This document shows positions 28,401 through 37,389 of a stretch of 64,000 nt of DNA, in pieces. Source of the stretch: Gammaproteobacteria bacterium (GTDB taxonomy: Bacteria > Pseudomonadota > Gammaproteobacteria > CBDBNL01 > JAAOII01); NCBI GenBank assembly GCA_965209035.1, contig OZ242372.1:480001-544000 (forward strand), in the 5' to 3' direction. The translations under genes were made by a program, and so were the position numbers. A model generated the notes under the pieces. The model saw only the letters and a program-made list of their open reading frames with translations, was not told where the DNA came from and ran no database searches. Every line of letters starts with the position of its first letter. Within the stretch, counting starts at the first letter, position 1.

Positions 28401-30683
28401 GTCCAAATCAGCTCGCAACAACGCCAACTCGTCCAAATTGTGAACTTCTATGAGACCGTTATTGTCGTCATCCACATCCTCATCTCTATCCCGACAGCCG
28501 TCGTTATCTTTATCTGTCGTCGGACCAGAAGTCCAACCGGTTTCACCGCGCGGACAGAGATCCAAGGGAACTCCGTTGTCCGCAAGATCATTCACCCCGT
28601 CATTGTCATCATCTGTTTCTTCGATAAATTCATCGCGACAACCATCCCTATCGTAATCTACACTGGTATTGGAAGTCCAGCCAGTTTCGCCGCGCGGACA
28701 GCGATCCAAAGGAGTTCCGTTAGCTGCCAGACCATTCACTCCATCATTGTCATCATCCGTTTCTTCGGCAAACCCATCGCGACAACCATCTCTGTCGTAA
28801 TCTACACTGGCATTGGAAGTCCAGCCAGTTTCGCCGCGCGGACAGCGATCCAAAAGAACTCCGTTAGCTGCCAGATCATTCACTCCGTCGTTGTCATCAT
28901 CCGTTTCTTCGGCAAATCCATCGCGACAACCATCTCTGTCGTAATCTACACTGGCATTGGAAGTCCAACCGGTTTCACCGCGCGGACAGATATCCAAGGG
29001 AACCCCGTTGTCCGCAAGATCATTCACCCCGTCGTTGTCATCATCCGTTTCTTCGGCAAATCCATCGCGACAACCATCTCTGTCATAATCCACACTGGCA
29101 TTGGAAGTCCAGCCGGTTTCACCGCGCGGACAGCGATCCAAAAGAACTCCGTTAGTGGCAAGATTATTCACCCCGTCGTTGTCATCATCCGTTTCTTCGG
29201 CAAATCCATCGCGACAACCATCCCTGTCGTAATCCACGCTGGCATTGGAAGTCCAGCCAGTTTCGCCGCGCGGACAGCGATCCAAAAGAACTCCGTTAGT
29301 GGCAAGATTATTCACCCCGTCGTTGTCATCATCCGTTTCTTCGGCAAATCCATCGCGACAACCATCCCTATCGTAATCTACACTGGTATTGGAAGTCCAG
29401 CCAGTTTCGCCGCGCGGACAGCGATCCAAAAGAACTCCGTTAGTGGCAAGATTATTCATCCCGTCATTGTCATCATCTATTTCTTCGGCAAATCCATCGC
29501 GACAACCATCTCTGTCGTAATCCACACTGGCATTGGAGGTCCAGCCGGTCTCACCGCGCGGGCAACTATCCAACTTGGTCGTTCCGTCTGCTTCAAAATC
29601 ATTTACTCCGTCATTATCATCGTCCGAGTCCTCAATCAAGAAAGATCCGGTGCAGCCCGCCACTAATTTATTCGGCATACCGTCTTTGTCCGTATCCATA
29701 CTCGCACAGGCATCCAGAATAAACGCATCCTTATCATCGCCCACATTGTCATTGTCATCGTCCAGATCCTCGGTACTATCATCGCGGCAGCCGTCGCCGT
29801 CATTGTCCGTCACCGAACCGGATGTCCAGCCGGTCTCACCGCGCGGACAACTATCCAAAGGACTTCCATCATCTGCCAGATCATTCACCCCGTCATTGTC
29901 ATCATCCGTGTCCTCGCCACTGTCCTGACAACCATCGTTGTCATTATCCGTCGTCGCATTGGAAGTCCAGCCGGTCTCGCCGCGCGGACAGCTATCCAGA
30001 TTGGCCGTCCCGTCTGCTTCAAAGTCATTCACTCCGTCATTATCATCGTCCGCATCACAGGCATCACCACCATCGTCCGCGTCATCCGTATTGGTCTGCT
30101 TTGGATTGAAAGCACTCGGACAGTTATCATCTTCAGAGAGACCATCAATATCAGGATCCGCCACCAGAGAGGCAACGATTTCTGCCGGCGTGATCTGTAC
30201 GGAAAATACTGCCGACTCGCGATTCGAGTAAACCACCTCTATTGTGATTTCATATCCGATTGGATCGATAAAACTCCCCGGAATAGAGTATCGCACTCGA
30301 GTGTTGCGCTCAAAACTGAGATCATCTGCCTCTTGCGTAACTAACATCGTCCCTGTCTTGGTCCTATCCCCCAAATCCACCCAAGTAATTCTGAACCCGA
30401 TGATATTCCCCAAAGACGATTCCGGATTCGGGTTTTGCCAACTAACGTTGAGAGATCCCTGACCGGGTATGGCTAAGACACCGGAAACAAAACGAGAGGA
30501 TGGCACACCCGGTCCGTTACCTCCGTTTCCGTTACCACCGTTACCGTCTTCTCCGCCACCGCCACAGGCAGCCAGAGAAAAAATAAAAAATGTGACGCAT
30601 AGATAAAAGATTTTCCGGCCGGTTGCAGTTGAAATAAATTGTTTCATAATTTGTAATCGGTTGTTTATAAAAAACACATTCAA
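25422..30683 (-). CDS. Giant repetitive surface lipoprotein: FN3-like, 12 Cys-containing TSP3-like repeats, two GLUG beta-helix modules
   Basis: Lipobox LAAC+GGGG; CPRGETGW..DxDxDGC repeats; GGLVG repeats; WGNFWC..WDLG...YPALNC cap twice. Confidence 0.8.
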   Translation of the reverse strand: MNVFFINNRLQIMKQFISTATGRKIFYLCVTFFIFSLAACGGGGEDGNGGNGNGGNGPGVPSSRFVSGVLAIPGQGSLNVSWQNPNPESSLGNIIGFRITWVDLGDRTKTGTMLVTQEADDLSFERNTRVRYSIPGSFIDPIGYEITIEVVYSNRESAVFSVQITPAEIVASLVADPDIDGLSEDDNCPSAFNPKQTNTDDADDGGDACDADDDNDGVNDFEADGTANLDSCPRGETGWTSNATTDNDNDGCQDSGEDTDDDNDGVNDLADDGSPLDSCPRGETGWTSGSVTDNDGDGCRDDSTEDLDDDNDNVGDDKDAFILDACASMDTDKDGMPNKLVAGCTGSFLIEDSDDDNDGVNDFEADGTTKLDSCPRGETGWTSNASVDYDRDGCRDGFAEEIDDDNDGMNNLATNGVLLDRCPRGETGWTSNTSVDYDRDGCRDGFAEETDDDNDGVNNLATNGVLLDRCPRGETGWTSNASVDYDRDGCRDGFAEETDDDNDGVNNLATNGVLLDRCPRGETGWTSNASVDYDRDGCRDGFAEETDDDNDGVNDLADNGVPLDICPRGETGWTSNASVDYDRDGCRDGFAEETDDDNDGVNDLAANGVLLDRCPRGETGWTSNASVDYDRDGCRDGFAEETDDDNDGVNGLAANGTPLDRCPRGETGWTSNTSVDYDRDGCRDEFIEETDDDNDGVNDLADNGVPLDLCPRGETGWTSGPTTDKDNDGCRDRDEDVDDDNNGLIEVHNLDELALLRADLDGDGVDDNATDGLTALGDAGCLPSGCRGYELNRSLNFSDVDSYVGGSENMEAWTTGSGWTPIGSCSTFNLCSSYTGTFEGNNHSIADLLISAGDDVNGVGLFAALAGRIQNLHLLNANITGGGNYVGMLAGYGRGGYFENVSAEEGIVNSSFADNVGGLIGNGARATIRYSRVSSVPVFGGDISVGGLVGHGSAADIRNVGISGVSVFGRDGVGGLVGFGINADIRNVGISGVSVFGRNNVGGLVGFGLITNIRNVGISGVSVFGRNEVGGLIGSGVNADIRNSYTHGGTVSGRSSVGGLVGRGGGATIRYSYSAARNVSGNDRVGGLVSGYQNGTVRYSYWDTQTTGLSVSRGGIGLTTFILQNLTTFTGIYANWGNFWCEPNTGNVTEDIDANGPGGSFIRLWDLGTSSEYPALNCLPISVEQQRQGDDNRVPDGMNACSTGTNVSMDYDRDGCRDEFVEETDDDNDGVNDLADNGVPLDLCPRGETGWISGPMTDYDNDGCQDSGEDSDDDNDGVNDLADNGVPLDLCPRGETGWTSGPTTDKDNDGCRDRDEDVDDDNNGLIEVHNLDELALLRADLDGDGVDDNATDGLTALGNAGCLQSGCRGYELNRSLNFSDAASYAEGSGNMSVWTMGAGWTRIGFCLVTGRDSFECSNPYIGNFDGNNHSIADLFISVGDLHYGVGLFGAVGGSVQNLHLLNAYIHVSGDGSLVGILAGYGDGARFKNVHVKGGNVTSQLVGRVGSLVGYGINAAIWYSSVSDVSVYSSFADVGGLIGWGGDVDIRYSSVTGGSVSGNVAVGGLVGYGPLVDIRHSYVSGGSVIGDFWDGGLIGYGVNAEIRNSYASGGIVSGGGLVGVGDGAAIRNSYVTSGPALGSTLTGGLIGQTDDASTVDVSYWDNQTTGQSSSAGAVGNRGEGRTTMELQNPTTFTGIYAGWGNFWCDPNTGEEVTNTAANGPGGSFVRIWDLGNATQYPALNCVPGGLAAQGRDKQ
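27560..27860 (-). repeat. 84-nt (28-aa) GLUG/beta-helix coding repeats
   Basis: ccgaaaacagaaacaccagaaat at 27610, 27694, 27778. Confidence 0.85.
28480..29630 (-). repeat. 144-nt (48-aa) coding tandem array, about 8 contiguous units
   Basis: cgcgcggaca anchor recurs every 144 nt (e.g. 28691, 28835). Confidence 0.9.
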
Positions 30684-30856
30684 AAGTTATTACCACCCAA
30701 TGATTTACTGTTTTTTTCTTGCTTTTGGATTTCTGTATTTTCCAACAAGATTTGACTAAAATGTTCTCGGATAAACGAACAACTCTCTTCGTATAAGTGA
30801 TCTATTAGCTTATGCATATCTACAACGATTCTGAGATGATACAAATCGCGTTCTGA

Positions 30857-33595
30857 TTATTCAGAATTTTGATTTTTTAGTGGGCCTCCGTATCCAAAAC
30901 CTTTCTGTTGCAGTACCTTGGGTTTTATCTTCAAATGGCTTGCAATTTTCATTCTTTCCGTTTCTTTCATATGATGATATGTGCAGTAGCGAACTATCTG
31001 ATATTTTGAGATACGCTTTGCTAACTCAGAAAAATTTTGTTTCTGCTCTTCCTTCTCAATTTTTTTAAATTGTATATTTTTTGTATACTGCATGATTATT
31101 CCATGTTTGATAAGAGAATCTGCCGGGGTTCCTTGCTTGTCACAGTTTTTTTCTATGACCCGTATCAGTCTGTCGGAACCCAATGAGTGAATTATTTTTG
31201 TAACAATGCCGTATGTTATTCCAACATTTATATTCCAGAATAGATGTTTTGCCATGTTTTTGATTTGGTCTTCGGAAACTAGACTCTTATCCTTGAACGC
31301 TTTACCTAATCTTTCGGCAATAAGCTCTACTATCATTTCTTGATCGGATTTGGAGGCTATTAAATTTATAAAAGAAGATAAAAACCTTAAATATACTTCT
31401 TTTGCTTGCTGAAATATTTTATCCAGATCCTCTTTTGGCAAAGAACCCGCACAATTCTTAATAATACAACCCATTACCTCTACAGTTCTAATGCTACTTC
31501 TTATTTGACGCACCATTTCATTGTTTTCCTCTTCGGATTCGTTTGTTGCACCTTCATTTTCTTTTTCTGTTTGCCTTATTTTTTTAGTTTTTTCTTCTCT
31601 ATCTTCTTCTTTTAACTGTTCTGCTCTGGCATGTTCCGCAGTTTGATTTGGTTGAGGTAAAGAAGGTTTTCTAACATGTTGCTCTATTTGTTCATCAAAA
31701 AATCCCACTTCCTTTTTATCTAAAGTAGCTTGCTTAAAATCTTTGAATAAAGATTGAGCAACCGATATAATTTCATCAACAATTTTCGGGTCCTTAGAAT
31801 GATGAGACAAAAATATAGCAATATATGCATTTTCGTCCCTGTGCAGACTTTTCATTATCGTGCTTATAGCATCTATAGATGTATTTTTATCCCCCGTATG
31901 TATATGTTCGGCTAAATATTTGGCAACAAAGAAATAATAGATATACGGATACCCAAAATAATAATTACCAAACTTCTCTGATATTATGTCTTCTAATTTA
32001 TTTAACAGTATCTCTTTTTTTATCGGTAAATTATATTCTTCTCTATACTTCTTAATAAACTCTAAAAACTCTTGCTTGGAGAGTTCTTTCTGATCTTCGG
32101 AAAAAAGTGCATAGGCAAGTTCCGTTAAAAAATTCATATAAGTATCCATATCTTTATCTTCCACTCCTTTTTTACGTAGAAAACAATATATCAACGCCTG
32201 ATAACAATATCCTTGTGAGGTGATTTTGATTTCCAGAGAGCTCATTGACCATAGAGAAACCACAGATAAAATATAAAATGGATATGCTGGCATGATACCA
32301 CCGCCAAATGCCTTGCCTAAAATAGCGTTAACTTGTTCCGTGGCTTGATCAATCTTGTCATATTTTTCATTCTCAGAATTAGAGGAGTTATTTATCCGTA
32401 ACCATTTTTTCATCAACTTATTACGAAGTGACGGGGGACATTCTTTAATTTTAAAATGAGTATATGAAGCCAGTAGTTTTTTATCCTGAATGTTAAGTTC
32501 ATGGATATCATCTACTATAATTATTTTGCGTTTATATGATGATAAGTATTCGACATGTTTCTCTCGATCATTGGCTAAATGAAAATTATCAACAATAGGG
32601 ACTATTCTACTTCTTGGTTCTTTTAAAATCTCTTCTTTTAAAGAATCAGAAGGAATATCATACTGCTTGATCAGAGCATCTTCTATTCTATTTTTTAAGA
32701 GTCCCTTTAGAGAATTCTCTTTATCTAAAAGATATACGGGTATCAAGTTTTGCTCTCTTAGATGCAGAAAGATTTTTCTACAAAGTGTTGTCTTACCTGA
32801 TTGCCCTTCCCCTGCGATAAGAATTGCCGGATATTCATCTAAATTCTGTAAAAGTTCTTCAAAAGAAATATCGCCTTCATGCTCTCGCATATCGTCATAA
32901 CACAATAATTCGGGAGATATAAAAATATCATCGATGCTTATTTCTTTTTTAGAATGTGCACTTGTCAACATATCAGCACTTTCTAGCTCTTTAACAAAAT
33001 CTTTTTTTACTTTTAATTTTTTAAATTGAATCTCAGAATCGATAACTTTTTTTAATGAGTGGCTAACATTTTCCCACCCTTTTTGGGGCGAATCATAACT
33101 GTCAATTTCTTTACCATCCTTCGTCGATGCTAATAACTTGGAAAGGTCTTCATCTTTTTTCCAACTACATTGAGATAATATTATCGGAACAACCGATATC
33201 TGCTTATCCTGTCGTAAAGAAAGAGCGACATCTTTCTCCTTTTGACAACTTTCTGAATCATTAAAATTTGCCGAGATAAGAAGGCAAACAATATCTGAAT
33301 TTTTAAGATTATCATCAATATCTTTATTGAATTCTTTACCCGCCCGTATTTCTTGATCACACCACCATTCAATTGATATTTTATCTTTATAAACAGTTTG
33401 CTGCAATTTTTCCAAACATTTCACAAAATGGTCTTTCTGTTCTTTATTCTGATGCGAATAACTGATAAATAATTTCAACTTATCGTTTTTTGTATCCTCT
33501 ACTACGATAGCCTCCTGATCTACAATAGATTCTGAGGGTTTTTGTAAATCAAAGTTGCCTTGATTTTTTGAACTGTTCATTGAAATAAACTCCAT
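30857..33595 (-). CDS. TIR domain + STAND-class P-loop NTPase, putative anti-phage protein
   Basis: LFISYSH, W.DQEI.AG, S..C.KE (TIR); GEGQSGKT Walker A, IVDNFH Walker B-like; very AT-rich. Confidence 0.78.
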   Translation of the reverse strand: MEFISMNSSKNQGNFDLQKPSESIVDQEAIVVEDTKNDKLKLFISYSHQNKEQKDHFVKCLEKLQQTVYKDKISIEWWCDQEIRAGKEFNKDIDDNLKNSDIVCLLISANFNDSESCQKEKDVALSLRQDKQISVVPIILSQCSWKKDEDLSKLLASTKDGKEIDSYDSPQKGWENVSHSLKKVIDSEIQFKKLKVKKDFVKELESADMLTSAHSKKEISIDDIFISPELLCYDDMREHEGDISFEELLQNLDEYPAILIAGEGQSGKTTLCRKIFLHLREQNLIPVYLLDKENSLKGLLKNRIEDALIKQYDIPSDSLKEEILKEPRSRIVPIVDNFHLANDREKHVEYLSSYKRKIIIVDDIHELNIQDKKLLASYTHFKIKECPPSLRNKLMKKWLRINNSSNSENEKYDKIDQATEQVNAILGKAFGGGIMPAYPFYILSVVSLWSMSSLEIKITSQGYCYQALIYCFLRKKGVEDKDMDTYMNFLTELAYALFSEDQKELSKQEFLEFIKKYREEYNLPIKKEILLNKLEDIISEKFGNYYFGYPYIYYFFVAKYLAEHIHTGDKNTSIDAISTIMKSLHRDENAYIAIFLSHHSKDPKIVDEIISVAQSLFKDFKQATLDKKEVGFFDEQIEQHVRKPSLPQPNQTAEHARAEQLKEEDREEKTKKIRQTEKENEGATNESEEENNEMVRQIRSSIRTVEVMGCIIKNCAGSLPKEDLDKIFQQAKEVYLRFLSSFINLIASKSDQEMIVELIAERLGKAFKDKSLVSEDQIKNMAKHLFWNINVGITYGIVTKIIHSLGSDRLIRVIEKNCDKQGTPADSLIKHGIIMQYTKNIQFKKIEKEEQKQNFSELAKRISKYQIVRYCTYHHMKETERMKIASHLKIKPKVLQQKGFGYGGPLKNQNSE

Positions 33596-33656
33596 AAATT
33601 GAATATAAATTATTTATCCAAAATTATAACATAGATTTCAAGTTGACCTAGTGTGT

Positions 33657-33782
33657 TGTATCATCCCAACCAGTTTCGGACTCTTTGCGTTTTTGCCTGT
33701 TTTTGTCCAAGCCTGTGGGAGTGGTTAACGCGCATAACGCGCATAATGGGGATGCCGGGCAGTTTGACAGTTTGATATACCC
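33657..33782 (-). mobile_element. Degenerate right end of an IS481-family element
   Basis: Reverse complement ...catccccattatgc...agagtccgaaactggttgggatgataca parallels ...cgtccccattatgc...aaagtccagaaatgggtgggatcataca of the IS at 46245-47548. Confidence 0.65.
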
Positions 33783-33898
33783 GGCACAGATAAAAGCCTG
33801 ACTTATGCATGTCGGTTTGCCGTATCTCTATAATGGAATATGATTAACCGCACATTAATAAATAGTCACGAAATAATAACGAAAATAACGAATACCCG

Positions 33899-35305
33899 AT
33901 GAACTCTGTTGTCACACGATTTGCCCCCAGCCCGACCGGTCATCTGCATATTGGCGGGGCGAGAACCGCCCTCTTTTGTTTCTTGTTCAGTCGCCGCCAT
34001 AACGGGAAGTTTCTTTTGCGTTTGGAGGACACCGATAAAAAAAGATCCAAAGAAGAGTATGCGACATCTATTCTGGAATCGCTGCGATGGCTTGGGTTGG
34101 GTTGGGACGGCGAGGTGATCCGGCAAAGCGAACGCCTCCATATTTATACCGACGTTGCCGGGCGTCTGCTGGAAACCGGACACGCATACGGCTGTGTTTG
34201 TCCGCCGGAAAGACTCGCGGAAATCCGAACAAAGCAATTAAAAGCCGGTGAAAAGCCGAAATACGACGGCTGCTGCCGGGACCGGGATATCCCCGCATCC
34301 GCACCGGGACGGGTGCTGCGTTTTCGCAATCCGCAAGCGGGGCAGACCGTCCTCAAAGATTTGGTAAAGGGAGAAGTGCGCGTTGAGAATACGGAATTGG
34401 ACGATATGATCCTACTGCGCTCCGACGGTTCCCCCACCTACAATCTCTGTGCCGTTGCGGACGATATTGAAACAGGCGTGACACATGTGTTGCGCGGCGA
34501 CGACCATCTGACGAATAGCATTCGCCAACTTTGTCTTTATGCCGCTCTCCGCCAGGCACCGCCGCATTTTGCCCATCTGCCACTCATCCTTAATCCGGAA
34601 GGGAAAAGACTCTCCAAACGTGATGCAGCCGAAAGCATTCTCGCCTATCGGGACAAACTGCACATTCTGCCGGAAGCCCTTTGCTGCTATCTGGCAAGGC
34701 TTGGCTGGTCGCACAAAGACAAGGAATTTTTTGAGCGCGCAGAACTGATTGAACTTTTTGGTATTGAAGCCATTCAAAAGTCGCCCGCCGGCTATGATGA
34801 AAAGAAACTCCGCAGGATCAACACCTTGTTTCTGAAACAACTGCCACCGGCAAGGCTGGCGCCTCTCTTAAAAGAAATTTTGCCACCCGAATGCGATGCC
34901 TTATTCGAGCGAACGGACGCGCAGGCTCTGATGCAATATCATCTGGAGCGTGCCGAAGACCTGCCGGGTATGGCGGACGAACTGACTGTTTATTGCCGCC
35001 AGCCGCAAGAATTTCCAACCAATAACAAGTTCATCAGCGGCGAAACACCGCATTATCTGCGGACCCTAAGCGAACAACTGGGTAAGATCCAAGACTGGCG
35101 GGCGGATAACATCAAAACAACTTTGCAACTTTTAACGGAAAAACTCGGCATTCGTTATCCGGAATTGGGGATGCCTTTGCGTATTGCTCTGACCGGAAAA
35201 GAGAAGTCCGCGCCAACCCAAGATATTGCCTTTTTTCTTGGAAAGCAAAAAACATGCAACCGGCTTGACAGACTGCGGGATCGCCTTCGCCCGCCCTCGG
35301 CATAA
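33899..35305 (+). CDS. gltX: Glutamate--tRNA ligase
   Basis: TRFAPSPTG.LHIGG, RLEDTD, RGDDH, KRLSKR. Confidence 0.95.
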   Translation: MNSVVTRFAPSPTGHLHIGGARTALFCFLFSRRHNGKFLLRLEDTDKKRSKEEYATSILESLRWLGLGWDGEVIRQSERLHIYTDVAGRLLETGHAYGCVCPPERLAEIRTKQLKAGEKPKYDGCCRDRDIPASAPGRVLRFRNPQAGQTVLKDLVKGEVRVENTELDDMILLRSDGSPTYNLCAVADDIETGVTHVLRGDDHLTNSIRQLCLYAALRQAPPHFAHLPLILNPEGKRLSKRDAAESILAYRDKLHILPEALCCYLARLGWSHKDKEFFERAELIELFGIEAIQKSPAGYDEKKLRRINTLFLKQLPPARLAPLLKEILPPECDALFERTDAQALMQYHLERAEDLPGMADELTVYCRQPQEFPTNNKFISGETPHYLRTLSEQLGKIQDWRADNIKTTLQLLTEKLGIRYPELGMPLRIALTGKEKSAPTQDIAFFLGKQKTCNRLDRLRDRLRPPSA

Positions 35306-35899
35306 ATGGAGTTAATCCTGGCTTCCGGTTCCGCACCGAGGGCGCAAATTCTAAAAGAAGCGGGCTTTATTTTTCGCGTTTACAAGACAAATATCAAAGA
35401 AGGTATGCCGGATGGGACGGAAGATCCGCGTCGCTATGTTGTCCGCTTGGCACGGGATAAGGCACAGGCGGCGCATCTGCAATTTCCGGGGGATTTGATT
35501 TTAGCGGCCGACACGATGGTACTCGGCGCAACCGGGGAACTGGTTGGTAAGCCGGCTTCCTTACGCCAGGCAACCCGGCTGCTAAGCGAACGCAGCGCAT
35601 CTTCGGAAGAGGTTCTGACAGGATTCTGCCTTCGCCATGCACACGGAATTTTTACGGGGTGTGCCGTTGCGCGTATCTTCTACAAAAAGATCCCAACCGC
35701 GATCCGGGAGAAGATTCTGACAACCAAAGAATGGGAGGGAGTTTGCGGCGGACTCAGAATAGAAGGGGCCATAGGTCCCTACATCCTGCGGCTGCGGGGC
35801 GACCGCGACAATGTGATGGGCTTGCCGCTGCGAGAAATTGCGCCGCTGATCAAACAGATCATGGCGGAGACGAAAAAGCGGGGGCTTTGCGTCGGATGA
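35306..35899 (+). CDS. maf: Maf-family nucleoside triphosphate pyrophosphatase
   Basis: LILASGS.PR, LAADT, GKP, NVMGLP. Confidence 0.88.
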   Translation: MELILASGSAPRAQILKEAGFIFRVYKTNIKEGMPDGTEDPRRYVVRLARDKAQAAHLQFPGDLILAADTMVLGATGELVGKPASLRQATRLLSERSASSEEVLTGFCLRHAHGIFTGCAVARIFYKKIPTAIREKILTTKEWEGVCGGLRIEGAIGPYILRLRGDRDNVMGLPLREIAPLIKQIMAETKKRGLCVG

Positions 35900-37218
35900 A
35901 CCGGCTCCTGTCATTATCAAAACTGCGCTTTCTCGCAGGCTCATCAGTGGCAGCCTTAATAGCCGCTTTAATAGCCGCCTTAACAATAACAGTCCTTTCG
36001 GTATCTTCCGTCCGGGCGGCCGACGAGCGGCAGATCTTCAAAGAGATTGTCGCCGCGGCACCTCAGGCGGGCATTCTGCTGGAACGCGACGGAAAAACAC
36101 TTCTGTCCCGCCATGCGGATCGCCTCTATGTGCCGGCATCCTTGGTCAAGATTCCGCTCGCCCTGTCCGCTTATGAGTTGCTCGGCGATGCGCATCGCTT
36201 TGTCACAGACTTTTATACGGACGACCGAAATAATCTGTTAATTCACGGTCGCGGCGACCCGTTTTTGGTAAGCGAAGAATGGCATCTCATAGCCCGGCAA
36301 ATCAAACTGGCGGGATACTCCCGGTTCAACGAATTGTTCTTGGATACCTCTCTCTTTCGCGATCTTGCCTTGCCCGGTGGCGGGAATTCGCAAAACCCTT
36401 ATGACGCGTCTTTTGGTTCCTTGTTTGTTAACTTTAATACGATGAATCTCAAGTTACGCCAAGACGGCACGGTGGTCTCGGCGGAGAAGCAAACACCCAC
36501 TCTGCCGGTGATGCAATCCTACGCCGACAAGCTACTATGTTGTGAAAAAAATGAGCGTATTAATGTGGGCAAGGATCCGGCGGCCGCCGACCGATACACA
36601 GCCGAGTTGGTGCGGCGTATTTTTCGTGCCAATGGCATCACTTTCACGGACCTCTCTTCTCTCAACTCTTTCAAAACGGGGGCTGTGGCAAAAGGCAACT
36701 GGCGTCTTATGTATCGGCATAAGAACTCGCGCACACTGGCAAAAATCCTCGGCGACATGCTTTACTATTCCACCAACATTGTTGCCAATGCGATTTTGAT
36801 GCAGTTTGCAACGGACCGGCACCGGCACCGGCAAAGCACCCCCACTTTACAGGATGCCTTAAACAAGTGGCACACGTCTCTCAAAAGAGCCCTGCGAGTG
36901 ATACCCGAGGCGCTTGGCACGGGTACAAGCACAGAATTGCATCTTTACGAAGGAGCCGGGCTGGACAGAAACAATCGGATGAGTGCGCGCATGATGGCAA
37001 GACTGTTGCGCCGATTTGCACCGCATAAAAATCTGCTACGCTACTATGAACCTACCGAAGCGTCCTATAAAACGGGAACGCTGGACGGTGTCTGTAATGC
37101 GGCCGGCTTTCTAAAGAGCGGGGCCATATTCGCCCTGTTCACTGCCTCTTGCGAAGAAAGAGATCGGGTGATTGCACTTCTCGCCCGAGCGGACACACGC
37201 CAATACAAAAGACACTAA
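35896..37218 (+). CDS. dacB: D-Ala-D-Ala carboxypeptidase/endopeptidase (PBP4, peptidase S13)
   Basis: PASLVK (SxxK), GRGDP, STN (SxN), GAGL.R.N, KTGTL; ATGA overlap with maf. Confidence 0.85.
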   Translation: MNRLLSLSKLRFLAGSSVAALIAALIAALTITVLSVSSVRAADERQIFKEIVAAAPQAGILLERDGKTLLSRHADRLYVPASLVKIPLALSAYELLGDAHRFVTDFYTDDRNNLLIHGRGDPFLVSEEWHLIARQIKLAGYSRFNELFLDTSLFRDLALPGGGNSQNPYDASFGSLFVNFNTMNLKLRQDGTVVSAEKQTPTLPVMQSYADKLLCCEKNERINVGKDPAAADRYTAELVRRIFRANGITFTDLSSLNSFKTGAVAKGNWRLMYRHKNSRTLAKILGDMLYYSTNIVANAILMQFATDRHRHRQSTPTLQDALNKWHTSLKRALRVIPEALGTGTSTELHLYEGAGLDRNNRMSARMMARLLRRFAPHKNLLRYYEPTEASYKTGTLDGVCNAAGFLKSGAIFALFTASCEERDRVIALLARADTRQYKRH

Positions 37219-37389
37219 ATGCCGCCTCAAATCCAGATCCCGCCAAAGTACTGTCCAAACTAAAATATACCGACCGAAAGAACCATAGCAGCCGCAGCGA
37301 TTCTGCCGGTCGCCTGTGATAAAATTAAACAATTAAAGCATTAAACTATATCGAAATCAAATTACCGCATAAGCCTTACCAAGCAATCA

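Noticed and set aside
28550-29570. RGE in the CPRGETGW repeats as an integrin-binding mimic
   Set aside because: The integrin motif is RGD; RGE is the standard inactive control
28480-29630. Regular array as a possible CRISPR
   Set aside because: Units are 144-nt in-frame coding repeats with no unique spacers and no cas genes
25422-30683. Diversity-generating retroelement TR/VR pair
   Set aside because: Differences between the copies I compared are not adenine-specific, and no reverse transcriptase is in the window
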